Origin: Roseibacillus sp.
GTDB lineage: Bacteria; Verrucomicrobiota; Verrucomicrobiia; Verrucomicrobiales; Akkermansiaceae
Direction: 5' to 3'
DNA: 64,000 bases
NCBI GenBank assembly: GCA_965242925.1
Contig: CBDEUM010000038.1
Coordinates: 288,001-352,000, forward strand
The notes below the pieces were generated by a model. It was not told where the DNA came from, did no database searches, and saw only the letters and a program-made list of their open reading frames with translations. Each line of letters starts with the position of its first letter. Positions within the stretch are counted from its first letter, which is position 1. Position numbers and translations under genes: made by a program. Shown here piece after piece: positions 54,631-64,000 of the stretch.

Positions 54631-55902
54631 TCAATCGGGGGTGGATGTTGAAGCGGACGCCGATGCCGGTTCGCGTTGGCGCTCGTGCAGACGGAGCTGT
54701 GTGATCTTCCAGGTGTTCTCCAGGGGTTCAACTACGAAGGTGGCACGGTAAAGGTTGGTGCGATCGTGGAAGTGCCCCCAGTGCCCCACCCGGCCACGGA
54801 CCTCCCAGTTGCAGGTGGCAGTGAAGCCCGGTCGGTCGGGCAGGGGCGAGGGCTGTGAGTCTTCTATGCGCAGATCATTCACGCGAACTCGGGAGCCGTC
54901 CCGGGCGCGGCTCTCAAGGGTACGCTGCACTTCGAGAAATATCGGGGTGAGGGCCGCTCCTCCCACCACCTTGTTGAGGGCATCGTACTGTTCACTGCGT
55001 TTGCGATAGTGGAAGGAGTGGTAAACGCCGCGCAGGAGGGGATCGAGAATGCGGGACGACTGGGTCTCGTTGAGTTCGGTTCCGGAGCCCTTGCCGATCT
55101 CCACCTTGATGTGTGTGAGGCTTGTCGCGGTGATGGCAAGGAGGATGAGCAGGACTGCCAGAGCGGGGTTTTTCCGGTTGCTGCGCAGGAACCAGATGAC
55201 CGGGGGAACAAGCCCCAGGCCAATCAGAACAGTGAGCCAGGGGAAACTGACGATGCTGGCGCCGAGGGTGGGCAGGAGAGGAGGGGGGAGAGGAGCGTTG
55301 CGACCGGCGGAGCGGTAGCGGCCGCGAATGTTCAAGGCAGGATTGAACTTGGTGAGATTGAAACTTCGTGTTCCAGCCGCATCGGCTACCTTGACAGTGA
55401 CGAAGGGTGCGTTCTCGGGGATGAGGTTCCAGAAGACCTGAAGGGCCTGGCGGAGGTCCATGTTGGGGGCGGCGTAGACCACGCTAATCCGGATGTCCCG
55501 TGGAGAGACGGTTGCCTTTGGATCAATGAGGGAGAATTCGGTGGCCTTGGGTTCGATGAAGTGAATGCGGTCGAGAGTGAACTCGATCGGTTCATCCTGG
55601 ATGGTGACGGGGCACTTCAGCGCCAGAAAGTTGCCGATCTTCGGTTTCAGGGCGGCTCGCTCCTCCGGGGAGAGTCTGGAATCTGCAGTGATTCCGAGAT
55701 CGATCCACTGCTGCAGGGCGAGTGGACTTACGACGAACTCTTTCTCGATCTGCCAGGCATCAAGGTAGAGCGCTCCAGCCAGTTCGGCGGGAGGGGCAGG
55801 GGCCTCCTGCGCAGGCAGGCCCGAAGCGAACGAGATCGCGAAAGTCAGAGCGGCCCAGGGCTGAAGGGCAGGGATACTGATGCTGATTGTTTTTTGTGGC
55901 AT
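54631..55902 (-). CDS. Hypothetical membrane protein with a His motif
   Basis: Signal-like N-terminus, two central TM helices, C-terminal GRVGHWGHFHDRTN; 3-nt gap to the ATPase gene; start uncertain. Confidence 0.7.
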   Translation of the reverse strand: MPQKTISISIPALQPWAALTFAISFASGLPAQEAPAPPAELAGALYLDAWQIEKEFVVSPLALQQWIDLGITADSRLSPEERAALKPKIGNFLALKCPVTIQDEPIEFTLDRIHFIEPKATEFSLIDPKATVSPRDIRISVVYAAPNMDLRQALQVFWNLIPENAPFVTVKVADAAGTRSFNLTKFNPALNIRGRYRSAGRNAPLPPPLLPTLGASIVSFPWLTVLIGLGLVPPVIWFLRSNRKNPALAVLLILLAITATSLTHIKVEIGKGSGTELNETQSSRILDPLLRGVYHSFHYRKRSEQYDALNKVVGGAALTPIFLEVQRTLESRARDGSRVRVNDLRIEDSQPSPLPDRPGFTATCNWEVRGRVGHWGHFHDRTNLYRATFVVEPLENTWKITQLRLHERQREPASASASTSTPD

Positions 55903-56236
55903 GCGCGCGCGCGCAGGGCTTGATAGCGGGAGTCTACCGGGAGAGAGGAAGAGGAGCAAGGGTGTGGGAGCAGCGAGGGCGGCGGAGTTCCTGAAGTCTC
56001 TGGCCGGTGGTGCGGGGGCGAAATCAGCCCGCAGGGGATCCGGATGGCGGCCCGTGGACATTCGATCCAGGGGTGTTGGGAGTGGGGAAGTGTCGCCCGG
56101 GGACGACTTATTCCCATGCCTTCGGATCAAGTTGAAGGCCGGGAGCTCAGATTCATCCTCTAAAGGGATTAATTCGGGACGGTTGGCTTGTAAGATCCCT
56201 TCGATACTGCCAAGCTTTATTGGCTCTAGAAAACCC

Positions 56237-59200
56237 ATGAGACACACGCACGGATTCCTTTCGTCGCTGGCGCTGACAGCCATTGCGATTTTCCCGGTCG
56301 GTTTCGTTCACGGTGCGGAAGGAGAGAACGAAGGCTCCGACCGTCCGGTCAGTTACTGGAACGACATTCGACCGCTGATGCAGGCGAGTTGCCAAGGATG
56401 TCACCAGCCAGCCAAGGCCAAGGGTGATTATGTCCTCACCGATGTGAAGCGCCTTATTGAGGGGGGAGAAAGTGATGAGGCGGCAGTTCTTCCGGGAAAA
56501 CCCGATGAGAGTCTTCTGATCGAGCAGATCACCCCTGATGATGATGGCAAGGCGGAGATGCCTCGCAGGGAGAAGGCTCTGCACGAAACCGAGATTGCTC
56601 TGCTCAGGCGGTGGATCGCCGAGGGCGCAGTGGATGATACGCCCGAGAATGCCTTCCAGAAATATGACATGAATAATCCGCCGGTTTACGCGGTGCCACC
56701 GGTGGTGACTTCGATGGATTACTCTCCGGATGGTTCATTGCTCGCGGTGGCGGGTTTTCACGAGATCCTTATCCATAAGGCCGACGGGAGCGAGTTGGTG
56801 GCACGGTTGGTGGGGCTTTCCGAGCGCATAGAAAGTGTGGCCTTCTCGCCGGATGGCAGCATGGTGGCGGCAACCGGGGGGTTGCCAGGCCGGATGGGTG
56901 AGGTCCAGGTATGGAATGTAGCAAAGCAGACGCTCAAGGTCTCGGTGCCGGTGACCTACGACACGGTTTACGGGATCGCCTGGTCTCCGGACAGCAAGCT
57001 GGTTTCCTTCGGGTGCAGCGATAACACCCTTCGCGCGGTCAAGGTTTCGGACGGAAAACAGGTCCTTTTCATGGGGGGGCATAACGACTGGGTGCTCGAT
57101 TCCGTCTTCTCCCGCGATGGCAAGCAGGTGATCAGCGTGGGGCGCGATATGACCGCCAAGCACACCGAGGTGGAAACTGAGAGACTCATCGATAACCTGA
57201 CCTCTATTACACCTGGGGAGTTGAAGGGCGGGATAGCGGCGGTGGCGGGTCATCCATTGAAGGACGAGGTCCTGGTGGGTGGTTCCGATGGACAACCACA
57301 GGTCTTCCGCCTGAAGCGGCAGACTGCGCGCAAGATTGGGGACAACGCCAATGTGGTTCGCAAATTCCCACGTATGCCGGGGCGCATCTGGGACCTCTCC
57401 TTCAATAGAGACGGGAAACGGGCGGCGGGAGTCAGCAGCCTGAATGGGGGCGGAACGATCACCATCTACAACTCCGAATACGACAGTAACATCCCTGGGG
57501 ACATCAAGAATATCTTTAACAAGACACCTAACCCAGGAGAGAAGCAGAAACTGGAGGAATACTGGGCCCGCGAAGTGAACGTGCTTCATACCGTCGTTGT
57601 GCCGGAAACGGAGATGTTCTCGCTGGCGTTTTCTCCTGACGGCAAGATTCTTGCGGCAGCCGGGGCAGATGGAAAAGTACGCTTCATTGAAGTGGAGAAC
57701 GGAAAGGTGAAGGGCGATTTTGTGCCCGTAAAGGTGGAAGGAGCCAAGGTCGTGGCCCAGCGTGAAAAAGGAGAGCAGAAGCCACTCAATCGGAAACGCG
57801 GAAAGCACGCAGAACTCAACGAGCGCAGGATCTCTGCGGACGAGATCATTTCCCTGTCCCTGGAACCCGGTGAGATCGTCTTCGACAAGTCCACCCAGTA
57901 TGTGCAGCTCCTGGTGACGGCGGTTTTGAAACAGGGAGGGAAATCCGATGTGACTCGGCAGGTGTCGGTGGAGGGGGCGGGCGGACTCCTGGAAGTGACT
58001 CCGCGAGGGAGGGTTCAGCCCATCAGGGACGGGGAGGGAATGCTGTCCGTGAATTTAGGCAACCACAGGGCCGAGGTGAAGGTGATGGTTACGAATGTGA
58101 AGGAACACCGCATTCCCGACTATGTGCGGGATGTTAAGCCGGTGCTCAGCCGGATGGGTTGTGATGCGGGAACCTGTCATGGCTCCAAGGATGGGAAAAA
58201 TGGATTTAAGCTTTCCCTCCGCGGCTACGATCCGCTCTTCGATGTGCGGGCCTTTAGCGATGATATTTCGGCCCGGCGTGTGAATTACGCCTCTCCCGAC
58301 GATAGTCTCATGCTCCTGAAGGCAACCGGAGCGGTTCCCCACGAGGGGCAGCAGGTGACCCAACCGCATTCGGAGTATTACCAGATTATCCGCGACTGGA
58401 TCGCCAATGGCTCAAGCTTGGCCGACCCCAAGCCGGTAGTGAAGTCGATCGAGGTGTTTCCGAAGAACCCCGTAATCCAGGAAGTGGGCGGGCAGCAGCA
58501 GATACGGGTGGTAGCAACCTATACGGATGGTTCGACGCGTGATGTGACGCGCGAATCGTTCGTGGAGGGTGCCAATCAGGACGTGGCGATCCATGACGAT
58601 TATGGATTGATGACTACCCTGCGCCGGGGAGAAGCGCCTGTGCTGGCGCGCTACGAAGGTGCGTACGCGGCCACTACTCTGACAGTGATGGGAGATCGGA
58701 GCGGGTTCGAGTGGGTCGAGCAACCAGCCTGGGGAGAAATCGACAGACTGGTGGCCGCCAAGTGGCAGCGGATGAAGATCCTGCCGAGCGACCTTTGCAG
58801 CGATGAAGAGTTCATCCGAAGGGTTTATCTTGATTTAACCGGGTTGCCGCCCAAGTCGCTTCAACTGAAATTGTTCCTGGCGGATCCCACCGACTCGAAA
58901 ACCAAGCGGGAGGAGGTTATCGATGATCTCATAGGTTCTCCTGAATTTGTGCAGCACTGGACAAACAAGTGGGCCGACATGCTCATGGTGAACAGTAAGT
59001 TCCTCGGAGGGGAGGGAGCAAAGATCTATCGGGAGTGGATCCGCAAGGAGGTGGAGACCAACACGCCTTATGACACTTTTGTGCGTAAGATACTCACCGC
59101 CAGTGGATCGAATAAGGAAAACCCGCCCGCGTCCTATTTCAAGATACATCGCGATCCGGACCTCCTGATGGAGAATACCACGCACCTTTTCCTGGCGACC

Positions 59201-61358
59201 CGCTTCAACTGCAACAAGTGCCATGATCATCCCTTCGAGCGGTGGACCCAGAACCAGTACTATGAGATCGCAGCCTACTTTTCCCGGGTGAAGCTGGAAA
59301 GGGACGGCAAAAATGCCCCCAAGCAGAACATTGGCGGAACCGCAGTAGAGGGAGCCAAGCCGCTCTACGAGATCGCCAAGGATGCCGGAGAGGGGGAGAT
59401 GAAGCACGAACGTACCGGCCAGGTAACCCCGCCGGCCTTTCCCTATCTGGTGAAGTATGAGAAGCCTCAGGCCACTCCCGAGAAGGGCCCCACCCGGCGC
59501 GAGGAGCTCGCAGCCTGGATTACGGCGAGTGGTAACCAGTTCTTCGGGCGGAGTTATGCCAACCGTATCTGGGGGTATCTGATGGGAACGGGGGTGATCG
59601 AGCCGCTCGATGATATCCGTGCCGGCAACCCTCCTTCGAATCCTGAACTTCTAGACCATCTAACCAACAAGTTCGTGGAAGGGGGCTTTGATGTACGCAA
59701 ACTCATTGCCGAGATCTGCAAATCGCGGACCTATCAACTCTCCCTGACTACCAACAAATGGAATGAGGATGATCAGATCAACTTCTCTCATGCTCAGGCC
59801 CGTCGTCTTCCCGCGGAAGTGCTTTATGATGCGGTTCATGCGGTGACGGGTTCTGCGCCGAAGCTGCAGGCAAAGCAGATCGACGCCAAGCAGGACACCA
59901 AGAGTGGCCTGCTTGCTACGTTGGGCCGCCCCACCCGGGAGAGTGCCTGCGAGTGTGACCGCGCCAATGATATGCAACTCAGCGGAGTGATGGCCCTTCT
60001 GAGCGGTCCCGACATTGCGGACGCCATTGCGGATCCCAAGAATGCGATTGCCAAGCTGGTGGATGAGCAGAAGGACGACGTGAAGCTGATCAAGGAAATC
60101 TACCTGCGGGTGCTCAATCGTGAACCGAGCTCTTCCGAGGTTCAGGTAGTGCAGGATAACTGGACCCTGATCCAACGGGATCACAAAGCGATGATGGACG
60201 ATCTCTCCAGGCGTGAAAAGGAGTGGGAACCCGCTCGCAAGGAGCGGGAAGCCAAACGGCAGGCAGGGATAGACCAGGCCCAGAAGGATATCAGGGATTA
60301 CCAAGCCCCAGCACGATGCCGAGCGCAAGCGTCTGGAGGGGGAGCGACAGAAAAAGATGAATGACTCCAAGAAGGCGATCGTTGATTACGAGGCGACCCT
60401 GCCGGTAAAGGTCGAGGAGTTCTCAGCCAAGGCCAAGATAGATGAAATTCCTACTAGGTGGCACCTCATCAGGCCCGCTTCGGTGACCACTTCCGATAAG
60501 TCCAAGGTTGAGATCCTGTCGGACGGTTCCGTCAAGGGCAGTGGGGGTGAGCGAGCCTTCGACTACCTCGTCACGACGGAAACGAAGCTCACCAATATCA
60601 CCGGTCTCATGATTGAGGCTGTGCCGGATCTTGCGTTTAACGGGGGACCGGGTCTGAGCAAGGATGGGAATATGGTGATCACGGAGTTGCAGGCCCGCTG
60701 GCAGAGCAAGGCGGAGGGAGCAAAGGGGATGGGAATCCCCTTTGCTGATGCCAAGGCCAGCTTCACTCAGAAGGAGTTTGATGTGAAGCGCACCTTTGAC
60801 GGCAATCTCGATGGCGGAAACCGGGGATGGGCGCTCGGCGCCACAAATTACAAAGTGCCCCACCGGGCCGTCTATAAGCTGAAGGAACTCGTGAAGGGCG
60901 ATTCAGAGAACGGCGCCACCCTCACGGTGGGCGTGCTCTGCCGTTTCAAGAGTCATCCGATAGGGCGTTTCCGTGTTTATATCACTACCGACGCTGATCC
61001 CCTGCACTTTGGAATCCCTGCCCACATCGCGGATGCATTCGGTAAAGAGGCGGAGCAGCGCAGCGAGGAGGAGAGAAAAGGTCTTGCGGCCTGGGTCGGA
61101 GAGAGCGACGTCGAATACCAGAATCGTCGCTGGGCGGCCAAAGGGCCCATTCCACCTGTCCCACCGGACAAGAAGATCGAAGAGCTCAAGAAGGCCCTCA
61201 AGTATGCGGAAACGCCTATTGAGGAGGATCCCCGGCTCATCAGGTTCCGCAAAGACGTGGAAATGAGTGCCAGGCAGTCCAAGAATCCCCGGCTCACCGC
61301 TGCCCAGGATTTAACTTGGGCATTGATTAACACCCCCTCTTTCCTGTTTAATCACTGA
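56237..61358 (+). CDS. Planctomycete cytochrome c / WD40 / Ig-like / DUF1549 / DUF1553 giant protein, interrupted by a one-base frameshift
   Basis: CQGCH, WD40 repeats, CDAGTCH, FIRRVYLDLTG, CNKCHDHP, ANRIWGYLMG, DL-WALINT-FLFNH; removing one C at 60306-60309 fuses both ORFs. Confidence 0.85.
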
Positions 61359-61403
61359 ATCAACCACGCGGGGCAGGGATGTCCCGCGCCACCTGACTTA
61401 AAT

Positions 61404-62873
61404 ATGTTCCGTATCAAAGGCGCAAAGGGCCGCGATCTGTGCGATGCCCATCTCGGTTCCACCCGTCGTGACTTCCTCCGTGTGGGAGGAGCTGGCATGA
61501 TGGGGATGACCCTTAACAACATCCTGGCGGCTCAGGATCAGTCGAAAGCGAGTCCGCATGCAGGCAGGGATGGCTGGGGCAAGGCCAAGAGCGTGATCCT
61601 GCTCTACCTGCAGGGGGGGCCGAGTCATCTCGACCTCTGGGATCCCAAGGAAAACGTCCCGGATAAGATCCGTTCGGCCTTCAAGACCATTCCGACCCAG
61701 ATCCCGGGGATTCACTTCACCGAAATTCTGCCCAAACTCGCCAAGGTGAACGATAAGTTCACCACGATCAGGTCGATGAGCTACACCCCTAACGGGCTTT
61801 TCAATCACACGGCCGCGATCTACCAGATCATGACGGGTTATACTACGGACAAGGTGAGTCCGTCAGGCCAGCTTGAGCCCCCCTCGCCAAAGGACTTCCC
61901 TAATTTCGGTTCGAACATCATTCGGTTCAAACCCACTGACGAGCCCATGCTTCCTTTTGTCATGCTGCCCCGTCCACTCCAGGAGAGTAATGTGGTGGGC
62001 AAGGGAGGGACCGCCGGTTTTCTGGGCAAGGCTTACGATCCTTACTACCTCTACCCGCCAGGGGACGACATGAAGATGAGCAAGATGGACGAGATTAATG
62101 TGGAGGACCTTCAACTTCGGCCTGAAGTCTTTTCCACCCGTCTCCGCCGCCGCGCCAATTTGCGTCAGACGATTGAGAGTCAGATGCCAGCCATCGAAAA
62201 GGCTGTCGAGAAGTATAACCTCGATAATTACTATGAGCAGGCGCTGAATCTGATCGTCTCGGGCAAGGCTCGCGAGGCGTTTGATCTGGGGATGGAAAGC
62301 GATGATCTGCGCGACCGCTACGGGCGCAACACCTTTGGACAGAGCTGTCTCCTGGCTCGCCGCCTGGTGGAGGCCGGTACCCGCGTGGTAGAGGTGGTCT
62401 GGCCCAAGGTAGCCAACTCCGACAACCACTCATGGGATCATCACAAGGATCTCAGCAAGCGCATGAAGACCCAATCGGGTCCCATGCTGGACGGTGGGTT
62501 GGCCACCCTCTTTGAGGATCTCGATGAACGTGGCATGCTTGACGAGACCCTGGTAGTGGCTATCGGGGAATTCGGCCGCGCTCCCGAAAAGGGCGTGAGC
62601 ACTTCAGGTAATGGTAATAGCGCGGATGGCCGGGATCACTGGCCCTACTGCTATACCTCTGTCATAGGGGGAGCGGGAATCAAGCGCGGATACGTGCACG
62701 GGAAATCGGACAAGACGGGCTCCGCCCCGATCGAACTCCCGGTTCATCCGAGAGAGGTTCTCGCCACCATTTATCACAGCGTGGGAATCGATCCGGAGAC
62801 CGTGGTCCTCAATCATCTCAAGCAACCGCGTGAACTGGTCAAGGCCCAGGCAGTGGAGAAGCTCTTTGCATAG
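61404..62873 (+). CDS. DUF1501 domain protein
   Basis: Tat-like [47 protein letters not shown]. Confidence 0.93.
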   Translation: MFRIKGAKGRDLCDAHLGSTRRDFLRVGGAGMMGMTLNNILAAQDQSKASPHAGRDGWGKAKSVILLYLQGGPSHLDLWDPKENVPDKIRSAFKTIPTQIPGIHFTEILPKLAKVNDKFTTIRSMSYTPNGLFNHTAAIYQIMTGYTTDKVSPSGQLEPPSPKDFPNFGSNIIRFKPTDEPMLPFVMLPRPLQESNVVGKGGTAGFLGKAYDPYYLYPPGDDMKMSKMDEINVEDLQLRPEVFSTRLRRRANLRQTIESQMPAIEKAVEKYNLDNYYEQALNLIVSGKAREAFDLGMESDDLRDRYGRNTFGQSCLLARRLVEAGTRVVEVVWPKVANSDNHSWDHHKDLSKRMKTQSGPMLDGGLATLFEDLDERGMLDETLVVAIGEFGRAPEKGVSTSGNGNSADGRDHWPYCYTSVIGGAGIKRGYVHGKSDKTGSAPIELPVHPREVLATIYHSVGIDPETVVLNHLKQPRELVKAQAVEKLFA

Positions 62874-62991
62874 GAGAGAGGCCTCTGGGAGGCGCCGGCA
62901 GTGGGGCTGATCGGGTTGAGCCCTCCATAGCAAGGGCGGCGGCATCCTTGCCGGGATTCTCCTTTTTCCGGCGACTGGGTGGTCCAGCCAT

Positions 62992-64000
62992 TCAGGCTGG
63001 AGCTGAGACTGGAAGGGCTTCCGCGGCGCGCTGGAAAGCTGCTGCAATGGGGGATTCTGCCCCGTCCAGCAATGCCACTGGTTCCCCGTTGTCGCAGCGC
63101 CGCCTGGTATCGGGATCGAGGGGAATCTGAGCAAGCAGGGGAACATTCATGAGTTCAGCCTCGCGCTGTCCTCCGCCTTCTCCGAAGAGATGGTATCTTG
63201 TGCCGTGCTCACACTCGAACCAGGACATGTTTTCGATGAGTCCGAGGATCTGGACGTTAACCTTGGCGAACATGCTGATGGCTTTGCGGGCGTCGATCAG
63301 GGCGACTTCCTGCGGAGTAGTGACCACGATGGCGCCGTCGAGAGCGACGGTTTGGACGGTGGTTAGTTGAATGTCTCCTGTTCCGGGAGGAAGATCGAGA
63401 ATGAGGACATCGAGTTCACCCCAGGCCACCCCCTGGAGAAACTGCTGGGTATAACGGGTGGCAAGAGGACCCCGCACGATGACGGGAGCACTGTCACCAA
63501 GAAGGAATCCCATCGACATCAACTTGATGCCATGGGCTTCAATGGGAATGATACGCTCCTCTGTGTCGGCCATGGGTTGCTGGTCGGTGGCACCGAACAT
63601 GAGGGCGATGGAGGGGCCGTAGAGATCGCAATCGCAGAGCCCGACCTTCAATCCCTGCCTGGAGAGGGCGACCGCAAGGTTGGAGGAAACCGTGGACTTG
63701 CCCACGCCTCCTTTTCCGGAAGCGACGGCGATGACCTGCTTGACACCGGGGATGGACTGTTTGTCAGTCGCTCCACCCGGTGTATTTGCGGCGCCGGGTG
63801 GATCCTGAATATCGATCCCGATCTGTACCTTTTCGGGATCGCCCGCTATTTCATCGAGGATCTCGTGGCACTCTTTGAAGATCTGCTCGGGAACTTCAGG
63901 GTCCCGGGTCTGTATCTGGATTCCCACTGATACAACCCCATTTTCGATCAGGATCGACTTCACCAGGCCAAAGGAGACGATGTCCCGGGAGAATCCCGGA
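62992..64000 (-). CDS. mrp: Mrp/NBP35 (ApbC) Fe-S cluster carrier ATPase, 5' end outside the window
   Basis: PGFSRDIVSFGLV, VASGKGGVGKST, DLYGPS, MSMGF, DLPPGTGD, VTTPQ, ENMS. Confidence 0.93.
   Translation of the reverse strand, partial: PGFSRDIVSFGLVKSILIENGVVSVGIQIQTRDPEVPEQIFKECHEILDEIAGDPEKVQIGIDIQDPPGAANTPGGATDKQSIPGVKQVIAVASGKGGVGKSTVSSNLAVALSRQGLKVGLCDCDLYGPSIALMFGATDQQPMADTEERIIPIEAHGIKLMSMGFLLGDSAPVIVRGPLATRYTQQFLQGVAWGELDVLILDLPPGTGDIQLTTVQTVALDGAIVVTTPQEVALIDARKAISMFAKVNVQILGLIENMSWFECEHGTRYHLFGEGGGQREAELMNVPLLAQIPLDPDTRRRCDNGEPVALLDGAESPIAAAFQRAAEALPVSAPA

Noticed and set aside
55900..55915. (GC)6 dinucleotide run beside the start of the His-motif membrane protein gene
   Set aside because: Short and plausible by chance at this GC content; no evidence of phase variation
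60295..60320. Programmed ribosomal frameshift
   Set aside because: No canonical slippery heptamer or evident stimulator; a one-base error is simpler
1..64000. Integrase, transposase, prophage or defence genes
   Set aside because: No such motifs recognised in any ORF

Overview
A 64-kb GC-rich bacterial chromosomal segment, most likely from a free-living Verrucomicrobiota member (Verrucomicrobiales-like). This is inferred from a PEP-CTERM protein, DUF1549/DUF1553/DUF1501 and planctomycete-type cytochrome c proteins, a lamin-tail/CotH giant protein, a TIGR02999-type ECF sigma with Ser/Thr kinase, and a SET-domain protein. Contents in order: a tightly coupled (ROK)-SIS-MetE-like-MBL-Eda operon; tRNA-Phe with a possible att-like scar; a block of secreted hydrolases; cytochrome b562; large surface proteins; parB, SET, MGMT and AI-2E genes; ribBA-ribH-nusB (NusB with a large insertion); a TroABCD-type metal ABC importer whose first permease is fused to a DtxR/TroR-like repressor; a SNF2 helicase preceded by a 19-bp tandem repeat; an ECF sigma/kinase module; an unusual His-rich 4-gene ABC operon; a DUF1549-DUF1501 module; and a partial mrp. 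No integrase, transposase, rRNA or CRISPR array was seen. Two genes carry single-base frameshifts, possibly sequencing errors. The best candidates for undescribed systems are: (1) the sugar-catabolic operon containing a Zn-dependent MetE-like alkyltransferase; (2) the operon pairing a non-canonical ZnuA-fold binding protein with a MacB/FtsX-type ABC transporter and a His-motif membrane protein; (3) the ECF/kinase module, whose putative promoter (TTCTCTGCGG-N17-CGCAT) can be read directly from two copies. All functional calls come from motif recognition by eye, not database searches.
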